From positions 62,001 through 126,000 of IMG/VR virus record IMGVR_UViG_3300010158_000027: a stretch of DNA of 64,000 bases. The stretch is one strand, 5' to 3'. Below are positions 41,277 through 50,335 of the stretch, in pieces. The notes beneath the pieces are model-generated. The model was not told the DNA's origin and searched no databases. It was given only the letters and a program-made list of their open reading frames with translations. Positions within the stretch are counted from its first letter, which is position 1, and each line of letters opens with the position of its first letter. Both the position numbers and the translations under genes were made by a program.

Positions 41277-41884
41277 AAACCAGTACTTCCAAAAGCATTA
41301 TCGTTTCTATCTTTTTCATCAATGTCGTCAACTTTAATCAAATCAACCCACTTGCCACATAAAACGGGACACAGAACCGCTTGAGCGATTTTTTGTCCTT
41401 TTTCTATTTTAATCCTTTCGTTTGTTGTGTTAAAAATAATGACTTTAATTTCATTTATATACCCACTATCCACCGTTCCTGGAGAATTTAAAACCATTAA
41501 TCCTTGATTTAATGCCAACCCACTTTTACTTCTGACTTGTATTTCGTACCCTAATGGAATATCAAATCTTAACCCTGTAGGTATTAGTTTTCTGTTATTT
41601 GCTTGCACCCAAACCTCCTCCGTTGATCTTAAATCAAATCCAGAATCGGACTCGTATGCATATTCTGGGTTCTGATTCTCACTGTCATTAATATATTTTA
41701 CAGGAACTTTTTGATCGACAATAGAATCTACCGGTTGATTAAATTGGTTCTCAATGTCATTAACATCAATACCCATTGAATCTAACATCGACTGAGGATC
41801 GGACATATCAATATTACTTAATTTGCCTTGTAATTCCTTAAGCATTTTCATGCTGTCCCTCATGTCTTTTATTTTTTCAAACAT
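41273..41884 (-). CDS. dut: dUTPase with N-terminal extension
   Basis: SGFDL, RSKSGLA, GTVDSGY, KIAQ, FGSTG. Confidence 0.9.
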   Translation of the reverse strand: MFEKIKDMRDSMKMLKELQGKLSNIDMSDPQSMLDSMGIDVNDIENQFNQPVDSIVDQKVPVKYINDSENQNPEYAYESDSGFDLRSTEEVWVQANNRKLIPTGLRFDIPLGYEIQVRSKSGLALNQGLMVLNSPGTVDSGYINEIKVIIFNTTNERIKIEKGQKIAQAVLCPVLCGKWVDLIKVDDIDEKDRNDNAFGSTGL

Positions 41885-42600
41885 TATTTTAAATTTTTAA
41901 GTTTAGTTATAAAATCAATTAACACTTTCACATCTTTCTCGCAATATTCAGAGATTTCTTGTAATTTCTGCTCCTCCCAATACGCACTATGTACGTTTGC
42001 TCCAGTCACTTCACCATCTTTCGGTGTGTCGATTCCCATTGATGAACAAACTAAATCTAATGATCCGATGGCGGTGTATGATCCATATTGCCAAATATCT
42101 TTGGTGTCAATTGCTTTAACCTCCCATGGCTTCGTATCGTACGATGGTAGTATCTTAGACGGTAAAATACCGTTTATTATCATCCTTTTTGCCAACATGG
42201 GTATGTCAAAATTCTTTAAGTTATGCCCACATAGATAAAAATCTAATTTGTGACATCTATCTAAGAGTGATCTCACCTGTAATAAAAGTTCCTTTTCATC
42301 ATCCCCCGAAAAGGTTTGCTTTTTAATCTCTCCGTTTTCCATAACAAATGCCATGGATACACAAATAATTTTTGCAAACTCAGGAACAAGTGCCGCACGT
42401 TTTTTAAAGATAAAATCTTTAAGTTCAGTACGAGGACTCAATACCTCGTCTTCAGGGAAACGTTTTAAAAACCAATCAAAATACTTATGGTATTGTTCGG
42501 CGATGTGGGGACTAAATCTTTCACAAGACTCTAAGTCAGGACAACCACCAACGGTTTCAATATCTAAAAACAGAATTTTGGTAATGGGTATATTAATCAT
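41884..42600 (-). CDS. stand-alone 3'-5' exonuclease (PolB-exo-like)
   Basis: FLDIETV, GHNLKNFDIP, YCEKDV. Confidence 0.85.
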   Translation of the reverse strand: MINIPITKILFLDIETVGGCPDLESCERFSPHIAEQYHKYFDWFLKRFPEDEVLSPRTELKDFIFKKRAALVPEFAKIICVSMAFVMENGEIKKQTFSGDDEKELLLQVRSLLDRCHKLDFYLCGHNLKNFDIPMLAKRMIINGILPSKILPSYDTKPWEVKAIDTKDIWQYGSYTAIGSLDLVCSSMGIDTPKDGEVTGANVHSAYWEEQKLQEISEYCEKDVKVLIDFITKLKNLK

Positions 42601-43814
42601 TTTACTAAGGATTTGTATAGAATTGCTCTATCGTTTGTTACTTTATTTAAATCATATGTGTCTTTAACTGTTTCATAAAGACGTTGTCCCAAGTCGTATG
42701 CGAAATTAGGGTTGTCAATTAATTTTTTCATATATTTCGACCAATCACTGTGGTTTCTTGCTTCATCCACCAAAAGAGCATTACCATCAGTAAATTCACC
42801 ATTTTTTAATGAGTGTTTTAAATCAATCGTGTAAGGACCAATGTTTGATGCGATGATTGCCTTTTTGTAGAATCCCGCCTCAATTACTTTAAGTTGTGAT
42901 TTAACTCTATTGAATATGTGATTTTTAATCGGAGCCAAAGATACGTCAAATAATCTATAATTCGTAGCGTAACTTGTTACAGGTTTAGTCCATACTCGAT
43001 TATAAAACGGTGAACTATCTGAAACATACTCCTCCTCTTTAAATTTCATAAGGAAGTCTTTATGTTTCGGATCAACCATATCATAATTATTTGTAAAAAT
43101 CTCCTCGTATTTCGCCCATACAGTTTCATCGGGGTTAATCGGTCTCTGTTTTTGTTCTCCCGTTTGTTGGTTAATTTCCGTAACGGTACCACGAGTATCA
43201 AACCCACAAAGAGACATACTGAATTTATCTTTATATGGTTTTAATTTAGATATAGTTCCGTCTAATAATTTTAAATCATGTAAATGTGACGATCCACCTA
43301 ACCATCCGAAACGTAATCTATCTGATGGTATTGTCTCTGCCATGAACTGAGGTTCTTTAGGGTTGATGGCATTAGGTAAAACAAAAACATTTTTGTTAAA
43401 CTTCATCATCTCATCAGCAAACACCGTAGTTGTTGTTGTCACACATGACGCAACTTTTAAATTCTCAATAATTTTTTTATGTAAATTATTTTGAATCACC
43501 AATTGGTGTACAGGATGTTCCTTAGTCGGCAACCAATAGTCATCTAAGTCCATGATTGTTACTATCCCAAGAGCGTTAAGTCTTTGGATTAAACCCACTG
43601 AATTGTCGTACTCATGTCCTATCGTTCTATGGAAATGGACGATGTCATATTGTTTCCAATAGTTAATGTCGTTTACTCTTGGTTCGTAGTCAATGTCTAC
43701 GTGAAAGTCATCGCTGTGGTTATTTTGTAAACACACGTGCGGATCAATAGAGCGAAATTTTCCACAGCCGGTACGGTCGCTAGGGGTTACTAAAACCCTA
43801 ATTTTTTTTGACAT
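42597..43814 (-). CDS. GT-B fold glycosyltransferase
   Basis: DRTGCGKFRS, MDLDDYW, GWLGGSSH, FNRVKSQLKVIEAG. Confidence 0.85.
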   Translation of the reverse strand: MSKKIRVLVTPSDRTGCGKFRSIDPHVCLQNNHSDDFHVDIDYEPRVNDINYWKQYDIVHFHRTIGHEYDNSVGLIQRLNALGIVTIMDLDDYWLPTKEHPVHQLVIQNNLHKKIIENLKVASCVTTTTTVFADEMMKFNKNVFVLPNAINPKEPQFMAETIPSDRLRFGWLGGSSHLHDLKLLDGTISKLKPYKDKFSMSLCGFDTRGTVTEINQQTGEQKQRPINPDETVWAKYEEIFTNNYDMVDPKHKDFLMKFKEEEYVSDSSPFYNRVWTKPVTSYATNYRLFDVSLAPIKNHIFNRVKSQLKVIEAGFYKKAIIASNIGPYTIDLKHSLKNGEFTDGNALLVDEARNHSDWSKYMKKLIDNPNFAYDLGQRLYETVKDTYDLNKVTNDRAILYKSLVK

Positions 43815-43968
43815 ATTTTTTTATAATTTGGTTTATTAATTTTGGGTTTTGGTTATAATCATATTCCCATAATACTTCTAAAGTATAACCATTTCTTTTT
43901 ATTAAGTCAATTTTAATATTGTCACGTTCCCATATTTCTTTTGCTGTTTTTTTCTTTATTTTATGGTA
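43798..43968 (-). pseudogene. start-less remnant of a Vsr/DUF559-type homing endonuclease C-terminus
   Basis: Reads YHKIKKKTAKEIWERDNIKIDLIKRNGYTLEVLWEYDYNQNPKLINQIIKKYVKKN-stop; the frame runs back to a TAA with no ATG. Confidence 0.65.
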
Positions 43969-43971
43969 AAT

Positions 43972-43998
43972 AAAAAATCCACCCTTTTGAGGTGGATT
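43972..43998 (-). terminator. intrinsic terminator
   Basis: Minus strand AATCCACC-TCAAAAG-GGTGGATT-TTTT. Confidence 0.75.
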
Positions 43999-44018
43999 AA
44001 CATTATAAGTTTAAAATA

Positions 44019-44663
44019 TTATTTTTCTAATTTTTTAATTTTTGTAACCTTACCAATGAACAAGTGTTGTCCGACTTTAAACTGTATCACTTCGTTGGCT
44101 TCTTGTGTTGACTCGACTAACATTCCCGCATCTTTTAGTTCTTCTCTAACAACATCTCTAACCGTATCTCTAACAACATCTCTAATCATAGTTTTGATTT
44201 CGTTCATGTTTATATTTTGTGTTTGTTGTTTTTCTGTTACGACATTAGTTTGTTCATTAACTACCCTATCTTTATTATCTAAAGATTTGTTTGGGTTTAA
44301 ATTCATTAGTCTCTGTGCTCCTTGTATTACTTCTTCTGAAATTCCAGCAGAACCACCAGCGACACTTGGTTGTACAATTGGTTGATCGATCATTAACCTT
44401 TTAATCTCATCGGGTAATTTTGAACTTCGAATTCTACCTTCATCCAATGGTTGTGTTGGATCAGAAACCGTCCTTGTTTGTTCGTTTTCGGGTAAATATT
44501 CCGAAGGTAAATTATACGATGCGTTTACAGGTGAAAAATCTTCAACTATTGGCATGTTTATTTTTCTAGTGTCTAAACCTGAAGTGGATTTAATTTGTTC
44601 CGATCTCTCCATTATTTTTTTAGACACTGCTAGTCTTTGCATTAAATCTTCAGCTCCTACCAT
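44019..44663 (-). CDS. hypothetical protein
   Basis: 214-aa ORF within the operon. Confidence 0.7.
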   Translation of the reverse strand: MVGAEDLMQRLAVSKKIMERSEQIKSTSGLDTRKINMPIVEDFSPVNASYNLPSEYLPENEQTRTVSDPTQPLDEGRIRSSKLPDEIKRLMIDQPIVQPSVAGGSAGISEEVIQGAQRLMNLNPNKSLDNKDRVVNEQTNVVTEKQQTQNINMNEIKTMIRDVVRDTVRDVVREELKDAGMLVESTQEANEVIQFKVGQHLFIGKVTKIKKLEK

Positions 44664-44664
44664 A

Positions 44665-45072
44665 TTACGTTATATTATTATCATTATTATTATCAAATTT
44701 AGCGTTAACTATAACACTCTCCATTGACTTATCGCCATTAGGGTTGTAGTTCGGTCTCATTTCATAAAATTTATCTAATGTGTCTTTAAAAGTAAAGATT
44801 TTATCTAATCTAAAAAATCTCCATCCCGGTAAAACATTCCCTTCGTTACTTGACGACCAAGATGCCCCCTCAACTTCCCACGCCCTAAGTACTAAGTTGC
44901 CTCTTTTACTATAACCCAAACAGAGTGGTTCGATTAATCTATACCCTTTACCCCCATTATCATTACCGTCGTAATAAATCATTACAATTTTTTTTTGTTT
45001 AATTGCCGATTGCACATCGTCAATAGATGCGATTTCGGTAATTATGGTTTTTAAACTCCGTAAAAGTTTCAT
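44665..45072 (-). CDS. stand-alone WYL-domain-like protein
   Basis: MIYYDG...RLIEPLCLG...LRAW...WRFFRLDKI. Confidence 0.7.
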   Translation of the reverse strand: MKLLRSLKTIITEIASIDDVQSAIKQKKIVMIYYDGNDNGGKGYRLIEPLCLGYSKRGNLVLRAWEVEGASWSSSNEGNVLPGWRFFRLDKIFTFKDTLDKFYEMRPNYNPNGDKSMESVIVNAKFDNNNDNNIT

Positions 45073-45362
45073 TTAACGTTATAATATGGGTTATTTGTTG
45101 AGTATTTATTAACTTTTAACTCTTCTTTTCTAAATGCGATATCATCACTGGTACCCGCTTTATTATTGTAAATATCTAAATCCCCTCCAGTACCTCTACC
45201 TATCTTATCTCCCGTTGCCAAAGCATCAGGATGGACAGTCGAATATGGGTCGGTAGGTTTAAAATCATTTCTTGGGAATAACCTTTGTCTTTGTTCGTCA
45301 GCGACTTTAGTCAGCATGTTGTCAGGTTGAGTAAAATCTAATTTGTCAGATTGTATTGCCAT
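45069..45362 (-). CDS. hypothetical protein
   Basis: 97-aa ORF. Confidence 0.7.
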   Translation of the reverse strand: MAIQSDKLDFTQPDNMLTKVADEQRQRLFPRNDFKPTDPYSTVHPDALATGDKIGRGTGGDLDIYNNKAGTSDDIAFRKEELKVNKYSTNNPYYNVK

Positions 45363-45816
45363 TTTGAGATGTGTAATTTATTAGTTTATTTATTTTTTTA
45401 ATTGATTGTTCGACTTTTAACTTATCTGCCGTACTTACGTGTGTGTCTGACAAGTTGTCAGTATTTTTTCCATGTCGATGTAAATACTGGTTTTCCATTC
45501 CTGTGTCTTTTTTAAGTTTTTTACTTGTTTCGTCGTCACCTCTCCATACTCGTAAAACCTCATCACACCATTTTTTCATTCTATCACCACCGTTTAATAT
45601 AAATGGTGCGTCCTCTTTATTACCACCATAACTATCAAACCAATTTTTAATTCGTTTTATTTGTTGGTATGTAATGTGATCTGAACCGGTTAGTTCTTTA
45701 TTTCTATTAAACCCTTCGGTGTTACTATTCGCATCAACCGAAGAAAAACATTTTTTAAGATGATTTATTAACTCTTCGGGTAACTTAGCCTTTCTATCGT
45801 ATAAGTTACTGTTCAT
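45346..45816 (-). CDS. hypothetical protein
   Basis: 156-aa ORF. Confidence 0.7.
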   Translation of the reverse strand: MNSNLYDRKAKLPEELINHLKKCFSSVDANSNTEGFNRNKELTGSDHITYQQIKRIKNWFDSYGGNKEDAPFILNGGDRMKKWCDEVLRVWRGDDETSKKLKKDTGMENQYLHRHGKNTDNLSDTHVSTADKLKVEQSIKKINKLINYTSQNGNTI

Positions 45817-46549
45817 CGTTTAATAGTCTTATTATGTCTTGCGTTGATAAACCATTTTGGCTTGCCATCGTTTTTATTTGTTTTAAATTTCTTTTTAATA
45901 GAGATTTGATAACCTCATTATTTTTGTGGTCTTTAGGTTGCTTATCCAAAATGATATCCTCATCTATTTCTTCACTCTCATCCAATCCCTTCTCTTTTAA
46001 AATTAACCTATCAATAAAATTATTTTTATCTTTTATTTTTTTAGGTACTTTTTTATGTAGGTTAGGTTTTTTACCTTGTTGTAATGTCCTTTCTTCTGCG
46101 GAATCTTTATCCAATCCCAACTCATCTTTATAGTATTTTACGGTGTCTTTGTAACCCATAAATTTAGTAGCTTCAAATCCAAAGGCATCCTCCATATCTT
46201 CCTCTGCAACCACACCTTCACCGTAATATCCGTACCACCCTCTTAATAGTGGATCTCTTGGATTTCTAGCCATCCCAACGGTTTTATCCATAGTTGTTGA
46301 TCCTTTAACGGTAGATGCCGGATCTAATATCGGAATGTCAGATGAATTCCATGTTCCGTCAAGTCCAACTAATTCCGTAACCTCCTCCTCATTTCCTTCT
46401 TTTTTTGTTTTTGATTTAAAAATTTCATGACTTTTACATGGCATATATTTTCTATTACCATCTTCATTGTGATAGTGTGATCCACTACAGTTTAAAGTTT
46501 TGGCAACCCTTTCGGCTCTTTCCTTTGTAGAATATTTATATGATTTCAT
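45806..46549 (-). CDS. hypothetical protein with an N-terminal Cys/His motif
   Basis: AKTLNCSGSHYH...YMPCKSH may bind metal; preceded by TATTTATA. Confidence 0.7.
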   Translation of the reverse strand: MKSYKYSTKERAERVAKTLNCSGSHYHNEDGNRKYMPCKSHEIFKSKTKKEGNEEEVTELVGLDGTWNSSDIPILDPASTVKGSTTMDKTVGMARNPRDPLLRGWYGYYGEGVVAEEDMEDAFGFEATKFMGYKDTVKYYKDELGLDKDSAEERTLQQGKKPNLHKKVPKKIKDKNNFIDRLILKEKGLDESEEIDEDIILDKQPKDHKNNEVIKSLLKRNLKQIKTMASQNGLSTQDIIRLLNDEQ

Positions 46550-46562
46550 ATCCGCTTTTACC

Positions 46563-46590
46563 TATAAATACTGCGAACAAACTATTTATC
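46563..46590. promoter_or_regulatory. back-to-back putative late promoters
   Basis: TATAAATA (46563-70, reading TATTTATA on minus) and TATTTATC (46583-90), 13 and 11 nt from divergent ATGs. Confidence 0.55.
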
Positions 46591-46601
46591 ATAAAAAAAG
46601 A

Positions 46602-49271
46602 ATGCCGAGCCAAAACATAAATTCATATTATTACCCAAAATATCGAACAAAATTAAACTATGGACATTATTTTGATCTTACCTTGGCTTCTGACGAAAGA
46701 GGATACGATGAGGAGGTGGTGTTCTCAAATAAGTTAATCGGGGAGGATGACGGTAATAGGTTACCTATATTTATAGATTTAAACAACACATTAACAACTA
46801 CCCAACCCTTTATTAATTTTGGTGATTATATTTCAGGTAACACTTTAGTATCTAAAAATTATTATAATCCAAACAGTTTAGATTTAACTTGTTTAACGGC
46901 ATATACAAGTACATGTGATATTGGGCTTGTGGGAACCGATAATGGATTATATACCGAACTAACGGGTCAACCGTTACAATATACTATGGGTGTAGATGAT
47001 ACCCATAAATTCGATCCTCATTATAGAGACAGACGATTTAAAATGCATCCAGTGACGGGATATACTCAACCACCTAATGTTGTTTTTTCGGGTCGACCAA
47101 AAGATTCTATTTATAACATGGTTTATAAATCTGATCCGGTTATCGGTTATTACCAAGAACTTTATGGTGGATTCTATCAGGGGTTTTATAAATTAAACGG
47201 ATATGATTATGAAGTTTTTCCTGAGAGAATAAATAAGGGGTGGTCGGTAGAGATGGTTTTAAAACCGAGAACCAACGATGAATATTTTATTAACAACTCA
47301 ACTGAAGAATATTTAAACAACAAATACCCAAATAATAGTGGAACTTTCTTTTATTTTGGTACAAGAGCTGAAAACAAATTTTACCATAATGCTGAGGGTT
47401 CACCAAGTTCCGATAGTGGATATACAAGAAATACTGAAGATTTAACTTGTTTATCATCTTGTGCTTGTACCAACACTGGGGTCACAAACGCCAATTGTGT
47501 TGATATATATCCAAGTAGTGGGTTCACTACCATACATAATGTTGGGTGTAATTGTGGATGTGCTAGTACTGAGCGAGTACCGTTTCCTGAGACTAATCCA
47601 ATGTTCGATGTTTTATCAAACGCACTTTCGTTTAGATTTAATGGTTGTTCGGAGAATCCAAGTATCGGGGTTAAATATATTAAAATTACTGGATCATGTG
47701 TAACCACCGGAACATGTGAAACAACGGGAACCACATTCCAAACGGGATATACGATAACTGAAGTGTTTTCGGATCCAATCTACGACATATGTGGAATTGA
47801 GTGTGGTGATCTTATACCTGATAGATGGGTTATGATTAGTGCGGTTTTTGAGAGATATCGCACCATAGAGGATTGTGATTTACAAAATCTGGGGGGATTA
47901 AACGATATGCGAACGGTAACTACCCAATCATCTTTAGATGGTAATTCATATAGACTAATCAGTCCACCCCAAACACATACAGGATCAATTCTCGAACCTG
48001 AAATCCACAAAATTAATTTTAAAACTAAATGGTTCGATGATTTAAAATATAGATTGGGAACTTTAAAACTATACGTAAACGGTTATCTGTTTATGATAAT
48101 TGAAGATTTTGAAGAGGTTATCCCAAGAGAATTAAATACAGAAAAAGAAAAACAAGTCGGGGTTCCGTTTAACATTTCTTTTGGTGGGGGAACGCAAGGA
48201 TTACATGATCATTTAATTTTTTCAGGGTGTTCACAACCTAACGGACCATACACACAAGATCCCGAGTTATTTCCAAATAATATATTAAGTGGAACAACAT
48301 TGAGTGGGTTATCAACAAATATTTTACTGGAAGAGAATTTTGGTGGAACATTTATGGGGGGGATATCTCAATTTAGAATGTATACCGAACCGTTGGATTT
48401 TACGCAGATACAACACAATACTAGAATATTAAAAGATAAATTCGGTTTATTTGATTATTATTGCCCATCATGTTATGACGGTTATATAGTATTAAACATT
48501 CATACTGTTATTAACGTATATAGTGGTAGTATCATTTCAAATATTACTGTTAATAATGATTTCCCAGTACCTTCAGATACGACTGTTGGGTATGATGTTA
48601 CCTTAAACGTAATAAGTGGATCACCAATCAATCTTAAAGGTGAAATCATCATACCTAAAGGTCAGATGACAGCATCTAAATTAATAACGATAGACGACTC
48701 GTACGGTAGATTGGTTAATGATGCGATAATAAAACCTCCATTTGTTACTATGGGTAATAATAATATTAGAGTTAATCACGTAATAGAAAGGGATATGATA
48801 ATATACGAATCTCCAGTATTACCTAAACCAACACCAATACCTACGGCAACACCTACGTCGACACCAACAACAACACCGACAGGTACTTTAACATCGACAC
48901 CAACAATGACACCTACACCAACGCCGACACCGACTCCGATGTTAGGGGTTGCGTATTATGGTAAAATTAATAAGAAAAATATTAACCAAACTGATGTTGG
49001 GTTATTGGATGAATTGTTAACGAACGATATATTATCAACACACATAAATTATGTGGATGAACAAGGTTATTGTTATTTATTAATTCCAGAAACATTTACT
49101 CAACCTGAAACATTTAGAGACAGTGAAGAGGGTTGTGATGGATTTATTATTCCGTTTATTCAGACGGAAACTTTAAATATTTCTGACGATTTCGGAAATG
49201 TGATTATTTATTATGTATATAGATCATTTGTGTCCACTTATTCAAGTGTGGATGTATGGGTTTGTAATTAA
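46602..49271 (+). CDS. large virion-like protein, LamG/ConA-like, Cys-rich, with a Pro/Thr linker
   Basis: GWSVEMVLK...FFYFG, LKLYVNG, NISFGGG, FMGGISQFRMY resemble LamG strands; PT tract at 48822-48938; start placed at ATG 46602. Confidence 0.6.
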   Translation: MPSQNINSYYYPKYRTKLNYGHYFDLTLASDERGYDEEVVFSNKLIGEDDGNRLPIFIDLNNTLTTTQPFINFGDYISGNTLVSKNYYNPNSLDLTCLTAYTSTCDIGLVGTDNGLYTELTGQPLQYTMGVDDTHKFDPHYRDRRFKMHPVTGYTQPPNVVFSGRPKDSIYNMVYKSDPVIGYYQELYGGFYQGFYKLNGYDYEVFPERINKGWSVEMVLKPRTNDEYFINNSTEEYLNNKYPNNSGTFFYFGTRAENKFYHNAEGSPSSDSGYTRNTEDLTCLSSCACTNTGVTNANCVDIYPSSGFTTIHNVGCNCGCASTERVPFPETNPMFDVLSNALSFRFNGCSENPSIGVKYIKITGSCVTTGTCETTGTTFQTGYTITEVFSDPIYDICGIECGDLIPDRWVMISAVFERYRTIEDCDLQNLGGLNDMRTVTTQSSLDGNSYRLISPPQTHTGSILEPEIHKINFKTKWFDDLKYRLGTLKLYVNGYLFMIIEDFEEVIPRELNTEKEKQVGVPFNISFGGGTQGLHDHLIFSGCSQPNGPYTQDPELFPNNILSGTTLSGLSTNILLEENFGGTFMGGISQFRMYTEPLDFTQIQHNTRILKDKFGLFDYYCPSCYDGYIVLNIHTVINVYSGSIISNITVNNDFPVPSDTTVGYDVTLNVISGSPINLKGEIIIPKGQMTASKLITIDDSYGRLVNDAIIKPPFVTMGNNNIRVNHVIERDMIIYESPVLPKPTPIPTATPTSTPTTTPTGTLTSTPTMTPTPTPTPTPMLGVAYYGKINKKNINQTDVGLLDELLTNDILSTHINYVDEQGYCYLLIPETFTQPETFRDSEEGCDGFIIPFIQTETLNISDDFGNVIIYYVYRSFVSTYSSVDVWVCN

Positions 49272-49284
49272 AATTTATATGTGA

Positions 49285-49779
49285 ATGGTAAAATTTAACA
49301 CTAGTGGTGGAATTGGCGTAATGGGCTTTATTAGTCCAATGGACTCTAGGGACACATATGCGGTTGTTGACCCATTATATGGTATTGACGGGTTAAGAAA
49401 CGTTGACACATTAGACGATTTAAACGAGATTCCTGAGGACAGACGACGTTCGGGGATGATTGTCGGTGTTAGTGGTGGTACCGTATATTATAAATTAAAA
49501 GATGTAGAGTGGATAGGTGAAATTATTGATTGGATTGAAATCGATTTCACAAAAATAACACATGTAGATAAGGAATCACCAATTGGATTAATCGACGGAA
49601 TTAATAATACTTTTGAATTATTATATGACCCAATACCAAATTCCGAACATTTATATTTAAATGGATTATTAAACGATTCGGGGGTAGATGAGGACTATTT
49701 AATCGATGGTAAAGTAATTTATTTCTCAATTCCTCCAGATATTGGTATGAAAATTAAGTGCAGTTACAGAACTTTTTAA
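49285..49779 (+). CDS. tail-fibre-associated module protein
   Basis: N-terminal LNEIPEDRRRSGMIV; C-terminal LYLNGLL...DY...F.IPP is shared with the 1127-aa protein. Confidence 0.55.
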   Translation: MVKFNTSGGIGVMGFISPMDSRDTYAVVDPLYGIDGLRNVDTLDDLNEIPEDRRRSGMIVGVSGGTVYYKLKDVEWIGEIIDWIEIDFTKITHVDKESPIGLIDGINNTFELLYDPIPNSEHLYLNGLLNDSGVDEDYLIDGKVIYFSIPPDIGMKIKCSYRTF

Positions 49780-49800
49780 GGTAGCCCACTATTTAATAGT

Positions 49801-50076
49801 ATGGGAGAATCCAGTGACATAAAAAAAATAGAGACAAAAATGGAAGACAGTAAAACATATATCACATCAGACTTATACTTAACAGCCTACTTAAAGGTTA
49901 AAGGACATAAATATTCAGTGGATAGAGTTAAATCAAAATCAAATTTTGTTTTTGAAAAGTCGTCCGATTTATTATCCGACGTAAACGATTATTTATCGGA
50001 GTCTGGATCTTGTGAACCCTTAATCTATACAAACGCAATTAAGAACTTAAAAAATCTATTATATAATAATCGATAA
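49801..50076 (+). CDS. small protein, DUF5659-like
   Basis: YITSDLYLTAYLK.KG...FVF pattern (recognised from memory). Confidence 0.45.
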   Translation: MGESSDIKKIETKMEDSKTYITSDLYLTAYLKVKGHKYSVDRVKSKSNFVFEKSSDLLSDVNDYLSESGSCEPLIYTNAIKNLKNLLYNNR

Positions 50077-50335
50077 TTTTTTTTATCGATTTTGGGCTTT
50101 TGCGAAAGTTCATGATATTTATATAAAAATGATTTTACCGTTTGGTAAAACGATTACTATTTATATTTAAAAATCTTATTTAAAATCCTTATTTACAACC
50201 CTTATTTGTATTCCGTGAGATCGCACGAATATTTTTTTCATGCCCTCTAAGTCCATTATTTATATTTATCATTCAAGGATTTTTCCTACTCGTGTAAAGT
50301 TCACATAATAAATAAATAATTAAAAACAAATTTTT

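Noticed and set aside
46500-46601. Upstream extension of the 923-aa ORF; likewise at 12070, 13896, 58749, 59095 and 59573
   Set aside because: These overlap neighbouring genes or promoters; downstream ATGs have A-rich leaders and better signal peptide or promoter spacing
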